From IMG/VR virus record IMGVR_UViG_3300036766_001430, positions 1 through 59,459 of that record: a stretch of 59,459 nucleotides of DNA; one strand, 5' to 3'. This DNA comes from a virus. Lineage: Duplodnaviria > Caudoviricetes. Under the pieces are notes generated by a model. That model was not told where the DNA came from. It saw nothing but the letters and a program-made list of their open reading frames with translations, and made no database searches. The position numbers and the translations under genes are program-made. Below are positions 1 through 9,418 of this stretch, piece after piece (the stretch's first letter is position 1; each line of letters opens with the position of its first letter).

Positions 1-127
1 ACGACCATCGCCTTCTCGATCTCCGCCTCCAGCACACGCTCAGCCTTGTAGTACCCCAGGTGCATGAACGGCTGACCCTTCGTGCCGGGGTGGCGGACGT
101 AGCGGAACGATACCTTCACCCCCTTCC
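1..127. repeat. 127-bp exact direct copy of 2140-2266
   Basis: Identical to 2140-2266, which lies inside the HK97 gp10-like gene. It truncates the sheath ORF. Confidence 0.95.
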
Positions 128-564
128 GCGAGCGCCATCACAGCACCGACCTCGGCGATCGTGTTCGTAGCGGTTACCGACACCGAGATGGTAACGCCGG
201 CTAGGCGGAAGCGCAGAAGCCCCGAGACAGACCACGTGCCGGCGATGAGGATCGTGAGCGTGGCGGCGGCACCGGCCTCGGTGGAGGCGGCGATCCAAAG
301 ATCCACGCTAGGCACGGTCAACGCCGCGTACCCCATCATGGCGAGCTGCGAGCCGGGGCCCGCTTGCGCGTCGAGGTAGTCGATGTCGGTGACCTTGATT
401 GGCGTCGTGTTCACGACCATCGCACCGGCGGCGGTCTTCTTGCCGACGAGCAGGCACTTGAGGCGCTGACTCGCGGCGCTGACGGCGCCTGCGGCGAGCA
501 AGATCTTGGCGATGTAACGGGGGACTTTGTAGCTGGGCGAGATGCCCGTGTTGCCGATCGACAT
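128..564 (-). CDS. Tail sheath protein, Mu gpL-like (N-terminal part, truncated at the repeat junction)
   Basis: N-terminal KVPRYIAK...LLVGKK...AGPGSQLAMM pattern typical of Mu-like sheath; follows the neck genes. The last ~29 aa of the listed ORF derive from the duplicated segment. Confidence 0.75.
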
Positions 565-565
565 C

Positions 566-1081
566 TCATGCCTCCGTGTTCTTGGCGAGCTTCACCGAAG
601 GGGTGAGCTGAGCCTGTTTGCTGGTGACGGGAACGGGCGAGGTTGCGCCGCGTTCGGTGGGTGTGCGGGGGATCTCGCCGATCGAGGCGCTCTTGTCGGG
701 GCCGTTCTCGTCACCCTTCAAGTCCTGCCAGTACGCGAGCGCCTTGGCTTTCTCCGCGGCCAGTGCCGCGTCCGGGTCGAGGAATGAGGAGTTGGGGCCG
801 AGAACGAAGCCGCAAGCCTTGGCATCCGCTTCCTCGCACACGATCAGCTCACCGGCGTTGATCGCGGTGGAGATCTCCGGCGTAAGCACCACGCGCTTGC
901 GCATGCTCTTCTTCTCGCCCAGCGGATAGTAGAACCGGTTCTTGCCCGTGTCCTGCGACGCGACGAGATCTTGCAGCGCGCCAATGAACAATCCGGGCAA
1001 TCCAGCGCCCACAACGCCCTGCGGAACGCCGTCCTTGTCGAGCGCGATGTAGGGGTTGGGGATGACCTCGATGATCTTCAT
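566..1081 (-). CDS. Hypothetical virion-operon protein (171 aa)
   Basis: Tightly packed in the late operon; GAGGA SD-like sequence upstream. Confidence 0.65.
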   Translation of the reverse strand: MKIIEVIPNPYIALDKDGVPQGVVGAGLPGLFIGALQDLVASQDTGKNRFYYPLGEKKSMRKRVVLTPEISTAINAGELIVCEEADAKACGFVLGPNSSFLDPDAALAAEKAKALAYWQDLKGDENGPDKSASIGEIPRTPTERGATSPVPVTSKQAQLTPSVKLAKNTEA

Positions 1082-1104
1082 TTGCCGCTGTCCTCTCTAT
1101 GTTG

Positions 1105-2118
1105 TCAGACGTATGTGAAAGCGCTGGTCAGCGTCTTCGCGACGCCGCCGGGTGCTTGTGTAACGGTGATGTCGACAATACCAGCAGCGTGCCCCGGGGC
1201 ACGCGCGATGATCGTGGACTCATCCACGAACTGAACGAGCAGCGACTGCGTCGCACCAAACGCGACGGTCATGCCGTCGATGAACTGCGTGCCCGTGATC
1301 TCGACGTCCGTGCCGCCAGCGATCGGGCCCGTCGCGGTATCGATGGACACGACCGACATCAGGAACTGCGGGTCGAGCACGTCCAGCGTGGCCCCCTCGT
1401 CGAGACCGGTGACGTTGCGCGTGGGGAGCTTGATCGTATGGTTGGCGGATGTGAGCGCGCTGTACCCGGTCGCGTTGACCGCGGGGATGCCGGACTTGCC
1501 CAAGGTCTCTTGGGACTCGATGGTGAAGAAGATGCACTCGAACGGGGCGCGATCTCCGCGCCCGTCTTCGTTGGCGATGATGAGCTTGTGCGCGCGAGTC
1601 TGGCCTAACCGGCACTTCATGAAGCCGAGCTGGTGCAGGAGCACAGAGCCGTAGTCTTCGGGCTGGAAGTACGTGTCCCCGGCAACGATCCACGCCGGGT
1701 GGCGCCCCTGGCCGATCGCGCCGGTGAGGCTCTTCTTGAGACCGTTGCGGATGCCCGCGCGTGCCGCGCGGTTCTCGAAGGTCGCGGGCGGCGGCACCCA
1801 CAAGGCGTTGAACCCGCCCTCGTCCACGACAAGGTCCTGTGAGATGTGGGAGATGCGGCCGTTGTCGTCCGCGCGCCACATGTAAAGGGCGGGGGTCTTG
1901 TTCGTGTCGAAGTCTTCAAGGTCCGGGTCATGCGCGAAGACGTACGCCACCGGAAGCGGGTCGGCCGCGCAAACCGCGCCCCACGCCGCACCTAGGTCGG
2001 CGTTGATCACGGTCATGCAGAAGTCCAGCAGTATGTCGAGTGCGGGATCTGTAACCGCAGCGCCATCATCGGGCAACGGCGCGGGCAACGACAGGAGGCC
2101 AAAGAGATCTGCGCTCAT
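1105..2118 (-). CDS. Putative tail completion/terminator protein with C-terminal IPT/TIG (Ig-like) domain
   Basis: C-terminal SIDTATGPIAGGTDVEITGTQF...VAFG...TIIARAPGHAAGIVDITVT...AFTY matches the IPT/TIG consensus; lies between neck and sheath genes. Confidence 0.65.
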   Translation of the reverse strand: MSADLFGLLSLPAPLPDDGAAVTDPALDILLDFCMTVINADLGAAWGAVCAADPLPVAYVFAHDPDLEDFDTNKTPALYMWRADDNGRISHISQDLVVDEGGFNALWVPPPATFENRAARAGIRNGLKKSLTGAIGQGRHPAWIVAGDTYFQPEDYGSVLLHQLGFMKCRLGQTRAHKLIIANEDGRGDRAPFECIFFTIESQETLGKSGIPAVNATGYSALTSANHTIKLPTRNVTGLDEGATLDVLDPQFLMSVVSIDTATGPIAGGTDVEITGTQFIDGMTVAFGATQSLLVQFVDESTIIARAPGHAAGIVDITVTQAPGGVAKTLTSAFTYV

Positions 2119-2579
2119 CGGTTGAGGAACTCCTGCGCCACGACCATCGCCTTCTCGATCTCCGCCTCCAGCACACGCTCAGCCTTGTAGTACCCCAGGT
2201 GCATGAACGGCTGACCCTTCGTGCCGGGGTGGCGGACGTAGCGGAACGATACCTTCACCCCCTTCCATACGAAGGAGAGGAACGGGTTGCCGTGGATCTC
2301 GTGCGCTCGCGTCGGGTACTCCACCAGCGACGCGTGGAGTGCGCCCGCGCGGATGTACCCGACGAACGTGTCCCCGCGCCACCCCTCAACAAAACCCACG
2401 ATAGATCGCGACAACTCCCCGGTGCGGTTCTTGTAGGTGTGCTCGCTCTTGATGGCCGCGGCACCGGCGGCCACCGCGATGCCGACGGCGCGACCAACGC
2501 GCTGGCGGATGATGCTCATGGCGCCACCCCAGAGCTTCTCGGTCTCGGCGGCGAAGCCGCTAACGTCCACCGTGAACAT
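2115..2579 (-). CDS. HK97 gp10-like tail/neck protein
   Basis: RTGELSRSI...HASLVEYPT...HPGTKGQPFM motif; synteny. Confidence 0.75.
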   Translation of the reverse strand: MFTVDVSGFAAETEKLWGGAMSIIRQRVGRAVGIAVAAGAAAIKSEHTYKNRTGELSRSIVGFVEGWRGDTFVGYIRAGALHASLVEYPTRAHEIHGNPFLSFVWKGVKVSFRYVRHPGTKGQPFMHLGYYKAERVLEAEIEKAMVVAQEFLNR

Positions 2580-2600
2580 CGTGCCTTGCGCGCTCCGTTC

Positions 2601-3119
2601 CTACGAGAAGTCGCCCATCTTGCCCCAACGTGTTTCGCGGTCTGCCTCCTCGGTGGCCGAGGAATCGGCGGGGAACACCGCCGTCGGATCGTCCCAGGAC
2701 GAATCCGGGGTAGCGACCCCGCCCTGTGTTCCCCCGCCCAGAGACGTCTTGCCGTCGCGTAGCCTGGCCAGGTCCTTGTCAACCTGCTCCATGAGCTTGA
2801 CCCAGTCCTGCCGCATCACTTCGGGGTGCCGTTGGCAGGCAAGTGCAACGGCGGCATCCAAAGCCAGCCGTGTTACTTCGTCAGGTAGTATCTTACCGGT
2901 GAGAAGCTCACCGGTGGCCTGGTCGAACAGCGCTTCGATCTTGGCCGTGAACAGGTCCATAGGCTCCAGGTAGCTACGCACCTTTGCCGACGCATCGGCA
3001 CGCAACCTGTTCACGGGGTTGGTGTCGGCGTTGCCGTCCGCGTCGTCGTCGTAGAGCCGCTTGACCCGCTTCGCACTGATACGCGCTTCAAACTGCGCCT
3101 TCGTGAAAAAGAAGATCAT
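2601..3119 (-). CDS. Head-tail adaptor, Mu gp36/DUF1320-like
   Basis: DASAKVRSYL...P..VTRLALD.A...DLARLRDGK pattern; downstream of the capsid gene. Confidence 0.65.
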   Translation of the reverse strand: MIFFFTKAQFEARISAKRVKRLYDDDADGNADTNPVNRLRADASAKVRSYLEPMDLFTAKIEALFDQATGELLTGKILPDEVTRLALDAAVALACQRHPEVMRQDWVKLMEQVDKDLARLRDGKTSLGGGTQGGVATPDSSWDDPTAVFPADSSATEEADRETRWGKMGDFS

Positions 3120-3146
3120 GACCGGCTCCTAGTTGACAACGTGGGG

Positions 3147-3653
3147 TCAGACCGCGAGCGATACGCACTCGCCGATCGCTTCCGCCTGCGCGAAAGTAAG
3201 ATCCACGAGTCCGCCCGGTTCGGTGAGCACGCCGTTGCAGTGCAACGAGCCGTACTCCCACACGACGTACATCGCCTTGCCTACGTGCGCGGCTTTCTCC
3301 CGCATCACGGCGGCAGCGGTGGATGCCGCGGCTTGCACTGCTTCGCGTTTGGCGCGCTCGCTGTTTGGTTTGGGGTTGCGCCCGAAGCGCTTGTGGTACC
3401 CGCTCGCGTCGTAGCCGGCTTCGGTGTACTCGTCGAACGTTGGAACCTGCGGCTCCTTGTCGTTCGGCGCGTCCTCACCGAACTCGTCGTCGAGCGCGCC
3501 GGCACCAGGCTCGATCGCGGGAAGTAGATCTGCTTCCGGGAACGGGTCGGTCGCCGCGTCGTCGATGACGGGCGTGCTCGCCTCCGCCGGTGAAACCGTA
3601 GTCTCGTCGGCGGAGGCGGCGGCGGCTGAGCCTTCCTTCTTTGACTTGGCCAT
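3147..3653 (-). CDS. Hypothetical acidic protein after major capsid gene
   Basis: 168-aa ORF co-oriented within the operon. Confidence 0.6.
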   Translation of the reverse strand: MAKSKKEGSAAAASADETTVSPAEASTPVIDDAATDPFPEADLLPAIEPGAGALDDEFGEDAPNDKEPQVPTFDEYTEAGYDASGYHKRFGRNPKPNSERAKREAVQAAASTAAAVMREKAAHVGKAMYVVWEYGSLHCNGVLTEPGGLVDLTFAQAEAIGECVSLAV

Positions 3654-3658
3654 CTGGG

Positions 3659-4783
3659 TTACGCGCTCGTGGCGGCCTTGATGATGTAGCCGCAGTCGCC
3701 CGCGACGATCTTGGCGTCTTCGGACACACCCACCTTGGCGTAGTTGCCGCCCGTCTTGCCGACGCGCGGGTCATACCACTCGGTGGTGACGGGGTCGCCG
3801 TTCATGCGGAACAACGAGCAGAAGTGCGCGCTGCGCTTGGTCGCTCGGCGTGCGACGCGGACCATGCCGAAGTCCAGGCCCCAGATGCGCGAGAAGCTCG
3901 CGGTCTGGCCCTGGTTCGCGGTCTGCTTGCGGGCCGCGCCCACGAGCAGGTCGGTGAAGCCGAAGAGGTTGGCCAGCTCCGTGCGCTGGGCGATGCCCTC
4001 GCGGCTGTACTTGAGCAGGTCGAGGATGTGCGGGTGACGCGACAGGACGTTGAAGACCTGGAGCGAGCAGTAGGCCATGAGGTCGGTCTGACCGCGGCCC
4101 ATGAACAGCGCGGCCTTGCCGACCTGGATGTCCTTGATCGGGTTGCCGCCCGCGCCCGAGTCCCACTGGTCGGCGCCCGCGAGCGTGACCGTGTTGCCTG
4201 AGAAGTTCGCGGCCGTCGTGAGGATCGACGCAAGGCGAAGCTCGCGCTTGAACGCGATGCCCTCGTTGATGGCGTCGACCAGGTCCATCATCTCGTCGAA
4301 GATCGGGTCCTGGTTCGAGAGCGTCTCGTTGCTCACGAAGTTCTGGAAGCCGAAGTCCTTGACCGAGTAGTTGTCGCTCGTTCGCGACTCGTCCAGCTCG
4401 TTCGCGTGGGTGCGCGCACCCAGCGCGTCATCCGGGTACTCGAAGCGTTCGCGCTTCGGGTAGACGGCGAAGACGTTGGACCGCTTGTCCACGGGCACGT
4501 AGCCCACGAGGCGTTCGCCGATGTACTCGTCGTTCGCGTACTGCACCGACATGTTCGAGAGGAACGTGTTGGAGTGCACGGCCGCGGCAGAGACGCCCTT
4601 CATGGCGAGCATCTCATCGTTGAGCGCCTTCCACTGATCCTTGTGCGTCGCCTGCGACGACTGCCGGATCTTAGTGATGCCCTTCATGAGCGCGTCGTAT
4701 GCGAGCCCCTTGTCGGTGCGCTGCGACGACAAGACGTCGTCGAGCGTGTGCGGTGCGTGGAGGATGGCGGAAGACTGAGACAT
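3659..4783 (-). CDS. Major capsid protein (Phage_cap_E-like)
   Basis: VHSNTFLSNMSVQYAN...RELRLASIL...QWDSGAGGNPIKDI...GDCGYII; position after protease and decoration genes. Confidence 0.85.
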   Translation of the reverse strand: MSQSSAILHAPHTLDDVLSSQRTDKGLAYDALMKGITKIRQSSQATHKDQWKALNDEMLAMKGVSAAAVHSNTFLSNMSVQYANDEYIGERLVGYVPVDKRSNVFAVYPKRERFEYPDDALGARTHANELDESRTSDNYSVKDFGFQNFVSNETLSNQDPIFDEMMDLVDAINEGIAFKRELRLASILTTAANFSGNTVTLAGADQWDSGAGGNPIKDIQVGKAALFMGRGQTDLMAYCSLQVFNVLSRHPHILDLLKYSREGIAQRTELANLFGFTDLLVGAARKQTANQGQTASFSRIWGLDFGMVRVARRATKRSAHFCSLFRMNGDPVTTEWYDPRVGKTGGNYAKVGVSEDAKIVAGDCGYIIKAATSA

Positions 4784-4885
4784 GGCTGGGGATCCCTTTC
4801 AGGAAAAAACGAACGTTGAGGGTTTCGGTGCCAGTGCGAGAGAGTGCGCCGGCACCGGCCGCGCACGTTGGTTCGAGGTCGTTGG

Positions 4886-5305
4886 TTACGCGGTCACCGC
4901 GGGCATGCGGCAGGGCATCATCTCGACGAAGTCGCTGATGACGCCAGTTTCGAGGAACACACCAACGACGTGCTTGACGACCGTACCGCCGCCAACGGTG
5001 AGGTTCTCGAAGCCGCCAGTGCCGCAGGTCGCGTACTCGCCGGCCGTGGCCGTGCCCGAGCACTTGACCGTGACGGTACCGCCCGCGGCGAGCAGCGCTA
5101 CCTCGTGCTTGGCGGTGCCATCGCCGGTCTGCGCGGCCTGCGAGACGCCGATGCACTTCGAGTTAGCGATGGCAACATCGACTTCGAGCGCGTTGGCCGT
5201 GGTGGTGGAGAAGAAGACGCCGACACCCTTGACGAAGGCGGTGGCGTTCTTGCCCGTGTACTTCGCGTACGTGACGTTGAGCGGCTTGGAACCTGCGGTG
5301 GACAT
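4886..5305 (-). CDS. Capsid decoration/cement protein (DUF2190-like)
   Basis: Small Gly/Ala/Val-rich protein (CIGVSQ...GTVTVKCSGTATAGEY) between scaffold and MCP. Confidence 0.65.
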   Translation of the reverse strand: MSTAGSKPLNVTYAKYTGKNATAFVKGVGVFFSTTTANALEVDVAIANSKCIGVSQAAQTGDGTAKHEVALLAAGGTVTVKCSGTATAGEYATCGTGGFENLTVGGGTVVKHVVGVFLETGVISDFVEMMPCRMPAVTA

Positions 5306-5388
5306 GACTTTGAAACCTTCCGGGGCTGAGAGGATGCGCGCTTGCTAGGCGAGACACGCATCAAACGATGGGATGGGTGACGCTGCGC

Positions 5389-6582
5389 TTACGCGCTCGC
5401 GCCGAGCTTGGTCGCCTCTGCGATGACATCGTCGGTGCCCGTCATGAGCGCCTTGGCGTTGCCGGCTTCGTCGCCGTTGCCCGCGAGCACGGCGGTACCG
5501 AGCTTGAGGGTGGAGCGCTGCTCGATCATCTTCGAGAAGAGCGCGGGGTTGGTCTTGCGCAGCTCGACGAAGTCGGCCTTCTCGGCGGGCAAGATCTTGA
5601 CGCCCACGTGGGCCTCGACCTCCAGCTCCACGAGCTTCTCTTCCGCGTCGACGGCACGCTTCGCCTGCGTGTCGCGGTCGGTCGCGAGCGTGACGGTCTG
5701 CGCCACGGCAGCGTCGCGCTCCGTGGTGAGCGTCTTGACCTGCGCCTCGTGGGCGACAGCCTGCGTCTTGGCGACACTCAGCTCGTGGATCGCGTTCGTC
5801 GCGGCCAGCTTGGCCTCGGCAACGTTGAGCAGCGACTTCTCGTGGGCGGCCTGCAGGGCCAAGATCTCGACTTCGGTCATGACGTTCTCCTTCTTCTTCA
5901 ATACGGTGACGGGGGTTGATCCCCCGGCCGTAGCCGTGGGAGCGGGGTGAGTCGGGGATGCGGCCTTGCCGCGCAGTCGATCGGTGAGGTTCGCGCCGAG
6001 CACGAGCCCCTTCATCTTGGCGAGCGCTTCGGGGTTGGCGGGGACCGGAGTGACGGAGATCTCCTTGAGCACGCAGTCGGCCCACACCCAGACCTCCACG
6101 CCATCGCGCATCTCGTAACGGTAGGAGCGCGGGATGAACCCGACGCTGACGGCGCGCAGGAACTTGCCCACGACCATCTTCCACACCTGCTCCGCGAGCG
6201 GGTTCATGTCCTCAGGGCAGAACTCCACGCGGCATTCGAGCTGCGCGCCGCGCGGTCCGTTGACGAGCTGAAGGTCGATGGTCTTACCGATCGGCAGCTC
6301 TCGCGAGCAGTGCGCGAAGAGCACGACGGGGTTCTTGAGGTAGTCGTCCAGCACCCACGTGCCCTGGTCCACGATCTCGTCATGAGCGTCGATGACGCCG
6401 GTGCTCGCAACAAAGTCCGCGGTACGCTTGGTGATGTCGAAGCTCTTGACCTCGAACGCGCGCGTGAGCAGCCCACCCGTGGGAGCCTCGATGAGCGGCG
6501 CGTTCGCGTCTCGCACAACGAGCCCCTGCTTCGCGCGGTCGAGCACTTGCTGGGACACGGTCTTCTGCGAGATGAGGCTCAT
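5389..6582 (-). CDS. HK97-family prohead protease with C-terminal scaffold domain
   Basis: ASTGVIDAHDEIV...KNPVVLFAH...PIGK...LRAVSVGF...LKEISVTPVPANPEAL. GAAGGAG SD before ATG 6582; internal SD plus ATG at 5880 opens a coiled-coil scaffold. Confidence 0.9.
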   Translation of the reverse strand: MSLISQKTVSQQVLDRAKQGLVVRDANAPLIEAPTGGLLTRAFEVKSFDITKRTADFVASTGVIDAHDEIVDQGTWVLDDYLKNPVVLFAHCSRELPIGKTIDLQLVNGPRGAQLECRVEFCPEDMNPLAEQVWKMVVGKFLRAVSVGFIPRSYRYEMRDGVEVWVWADCVLKEISVTPVPANPEALAKMKGLVLGANLTDRLRGKAASPTHPAPTATAGGSTPVTVLKKKENVMTEVEILALQAAHEKSLLNVAEAKLAATNAIHELSVAKTQAVAHEAQVKTLTTERDAAVAQTVTLATDRDTQAKRAVDAEEKLVELEVEAHVGVKILPAEKADFVELRKTNPALFSKMIEQRSTLKLGTAVLAGNGDEAGNAKALMTGTDDVIAEATKLGASA

Positions 6583-7224
6583 ACAAACTTCTCCTTCGGG
6601 GGCTGCCTTGACCTCGGTAATGACGAGGCAACGGCACATCACGTGTAGCGGGGGGAAGTCGACGTCGCCAGGGAACTTGCCCTTGTCGTTGGCGTACGTG
6701 CCGTCCATCTTCTTGCACGCCTTGCAGACGTCGGTGTCGTGGAGCGTCGCCCAGCGCTGAGCAAAAGCCTTCTCCGTCTTCGCCGTTGCGGCGTTGACGC
6801 GGTGCTCGTCGTTCCACGTGCGACAGACCTCGTATGCAGCGATGCGCGCCAGGACCGGCTCGCACGCCGCACGCGCGGCCTCGATAACCGAGCGCCACTC
6901 GCCCGGCAGCTCACCGATCGCCTTGGCCCATGCCTTCGCGTACCACGCCGCGGCCTTCGCCCCGCTGGCGCTGTCGTCGGTATTCGACGCGGCAACGGCC
7001 ACGCCGGTCTCGACCGCGAACTGCTTGGCGGCTTCGTCGCGCACCGTGCGGCAGATCTCGATGACGCGAGCCGAGATGGCCGCGCCCAACGTGGCGAGCG
7101 CGCCGTCGAAGCTCGTGGCGTCCTTGACGAGCACGATCGCGTCCTTCGTCGCTGCATCGAGACGAACGACGGCCACGGCCTCGCAGGCGAGCATGCGCTC
7201 CAAGGCTTGCGCGTCGAGTGACAT
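6583..7224 (-). CDS. Mu gpF/SPP1 gp7-like head morphogenesis domain, in frame (no stop) with the protease
   Basis: WATLHDTDVCKACKKMDG...PPLHVMCRC motif; GGAGGG SD before ATG 7224. Confidence 0.8.
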
Positions 7225-7238
7225 CCCTCCCTTGGTCC

Positions 7239-8603
7239 CTACAGCATTCGCGCGCGCTGCGCGAGGAAGGATGCGCGTTCGCTCATGCGTGCTGCTAGAC
7301 GCCACGCATCTCGCCCATCTCGAAGGTCCGCACGGAAGCGCGTCGCGATGCCTTCGTCGGTCTGCGCCGGCGCAAGCTCGCGCGCTTCGAGCGCGCTGGC
7401 AACGGAGGCGAGCGCGCGACCCTCTTGGGGTGCTTGAGTCTCGGTGACGCGAGCGGCGTGCGCGGCTCGCGCGGTGGTCGCGCCGTGCTGCGCGGGACTG
7501 GCTTCGAGGAGCGCACCGGCCTGGGCGGTGACGGCGCGCGCTTCGTCGGTCTGGGCGGGTGCCTCGGTGGCGAGGTGCGCGTGGGGAGCGGTCTGGAGGA
7601 CCGCGAGCCCGGTCTGGGCCGGCGCTTCGTTGAGGCTGATGCTCGCGTGGTTGAGGACCGCGATGGCGATCGACTCGTCCTGCGCGGGCTGCGCTTCGAG
7701 GATGAGCGCGGTCTGGGGAGGACGCTTGAGCGGTGCGCGGCCGGTGCGCTTGGCCTTGCGCTGCTCGGCTCCTGCCCCGCCACCAAGGTTCGGCTGAGGG
7801 GTCGTGCCGTCCAGCGAGCCGGCTGCGCTGAGCGTGCCAACGGCATCGAGCGTCGCGGAGATGGCCCCGGCGGTGACGAGGTCCTGAAGGTCCGCGTTGA
7901 GCGTACCGACCGCATCGAGAGTCGCGGAGATGGCCCCGGCGGTGACGAGGTCCTGAAGGTCCGCGTTGGATATCGCGCCAACGGCGGCGAGCGTCGAGGC
8001 AAGCGCCCCGGTACCCGTGAGCTGCGGCGCAGGTAGGGTGCCCGCCGCGTCGAGCGTCGAAGCGACAGAGCCGACCGCGGCAAGGGAACCGGCGAGAGTG
8101 CCGACCCCCGCGACGGTGCCGGCGAGCGCGCCGGTGCCTACCAGGGACGGCGCGGTGAGAGTGCCGACGCCCGCCAGCGTGGCGGCAAGGGCCCCCGCGC
8201 CGACGAGCGTGGGGGCGGTGACGGTACCGACGCCATCGAGGGTCGATGCGAGGGCGCCGGCCCCAAGGAGGCTGGCCGTGGAGATTGCGCCGACACCATC
8301 GAGGGTCGAGGCGAGCGCACCGATGCCGGTGATGGCCGCGGTGATGGTGCCGACCCCATCGAGGGTGGAGGCAAGGGCGCCGATGCCGGTGATGGCCGCG
8401 GTGATGGTGCCGACACCATCGAGGGTGGCCGATGCTGCGAGGTCGCCGAGGAGTGATGCCTGCGCGACTGCGCCGACCGCGATGAGCGTGGCGACGATGG
8501 CGCCGCCAGCTTCGGGGTCCGCACCTTCGGGGTACAGCCGGACGTCGAGCGTCCCGTCCGGCGGCACGAACTCCGGTCGAAGAAAGACGTCGTTGCCGGC
8601 CAT
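7239..8603 (-). CDS. Ala/Gly/Thr-rich repetitive virion (fiber-like) protein
   Basis: Many LASTLDGVGT-type repeats and two NADLQDLVTAGAISATLDAVGTL units; DNA tandem repeats of about 60 and 69 bp. Confidence 0.7.
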   Translation of the reverse strand: MAGNDVFLRPEFVPPDGTLDVRLYPEGADPEAGGAIVATLIAVGAVAQASLLGDLAASATLDGVGTITAAITGIGALASTLDGVGTITAAITGIGALASTLDGVGAISTASLLGAGALASTLDGVGTVTAPTLVGAGALAATLAGVGTLTAPSLVGTGALAGTVAGVGTLAGSLAAVGSVASTLDAAGTLPAPQLTGTGALASTLAAVGAISNADLQDLVTAGAISATLDAVGTLNADLQDLVTAGAISATLDAVGTLSAAGSLDGTTPQPNLGGGAGAEQRKAKRTGRAPLKRPPQTALILEAQPAQDESIAIAVLNHASISLNEAPAQTGLAVLQTAPHAHLATEAPAQTDEARAVTAQAGALLEASPAQHGATTARAAHAARVTETQAPQEGRALASVASALEARELAPAQTDEGIATRFRADLRDGRDAWRLAARMSERASFLAQRARML

Positions 8604-8606
8604 GGG

Positions 8607-9179
8607 TCAGGCTCCGAACAGCGTGTTTTTCGTCGTCCCGAAAACGGGCGTCCCGTTCTTGTAGCTCACGACGAAGTAGGCCGTGGTCGTATTGCTGACC
8701 ATGAAGGTGAAGGCGCCCGTCGTCGCGTCGCTGACCGTCGCGCCTGCGCGCGTCTTGTTGCCGCCGGAGAAGAACAAGTCCACGTCGCAGCCTCCGAGCA
8801 CGGCGCCCGTAGCGTCGCGCGTGATGCCGGCGATCGTGTAGAGCGCAGGCGCCCAAACAGGCTGGAGGAAGCTACGGATAGGTCCGTCCGTGAACCCCAC
8901 ACCCATCGAAGGCCCGATCGGAGGCGCTACCGCGTTGCCGTTATCGAACGGATTCGGCGGCGTGTAGAGGGCGTCTACGTCGGCGACGATGCGCCGCGGA
9001 AACTGGATCGCGGGGGGAACTCCGAGTGCGAGGAGCAGTCCCGCTCGCGCCGAGCCGTTGTCGAACGGATTCGGCGGGATGTAGAGATCGTCGAGTTGGG
9101 CGGGTGGTCGGACCACCCGCCCAAGGCTGAGCACCTCAGGACCGAAGGGAGCCGCGCCGCTGGGGCCGACAAGCGGCAC
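8607..9179 (-). CDS. Virion-associated protein with C-terminal carboxypeptidase-regulatory/transthyretin-like domain
   Basis: YTIAGITRDATGAVLGGCDVDLF...TVSDATTGAFTF; duplicated LYxPPNPFDNG motif; GTG start inferred. Confidence 0.55.
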   Translation of the reverse strand: MPLVGPSGAAPFGPEVLSLGRVVRPPAQLDDLYIPPNPFDNGSARAGLLLALGVPPAIQFPRRIVADVDALYTPPNPFDNGNAVAPPIGPSMGVGFTDGPIRSFLQPVWAPALYTIAGITRDATGAVLGGCDVDLFFSGGNKTRAGATVSDATTGAFTFMVSNTTTAYFVVSYKNGTPVFGTTKNTLFGA

Positions 9180-9180
9180 G

Positions 9181-9417
9181 TCAGCGTCCCGTGATGCCCT
9201 TGTCCGCGATGGCGGATAGCGCCGCAATGGCCCCGCGGTACTGGAGCTTGTCGACGAGTCCTGCGTCCACGTGCATGAAGAGCGCGCCACCAGCACCCAC
9301 GCCGACGAACGCGATACCGCGGATCTTCCCGACCTCGACCTGCTTGAGGAGTTCCTTCACGGCGGCAATGGCCACGAGATCGACGGGGAGGCCGATGAGG
9401 GGGGCATGGCTGTTCAT
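9181..9417 (-). CDS. Hypothetical protein (78 aa)
   Basis: Tightly packed between neighbouring genes. Confidence 0.55.
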   Translation of the reverse strand: MNSHAPLIGLPVDLVAIAAVKELLKQVEVGKIRGIAFVGVGAGGALFMHVDAGLVDKLQYRGAIAALSAIADKGITGR

Positions 9418-9418
9418 C

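Noticed and set aside
7850-8430. 60-69-bp tandem repeats as a CRISPR-like array
   Set aside because: In-frame protein repeats without unique spacers.
7225-8856. N-terminal ~544 aa of the listed 1155-aa ORF (5389-8856)
   Set aside because: Arg-rich off-frame shadow of the 7239-8603 and 8607-9179 genes; credible coding starts at ATG 7224.
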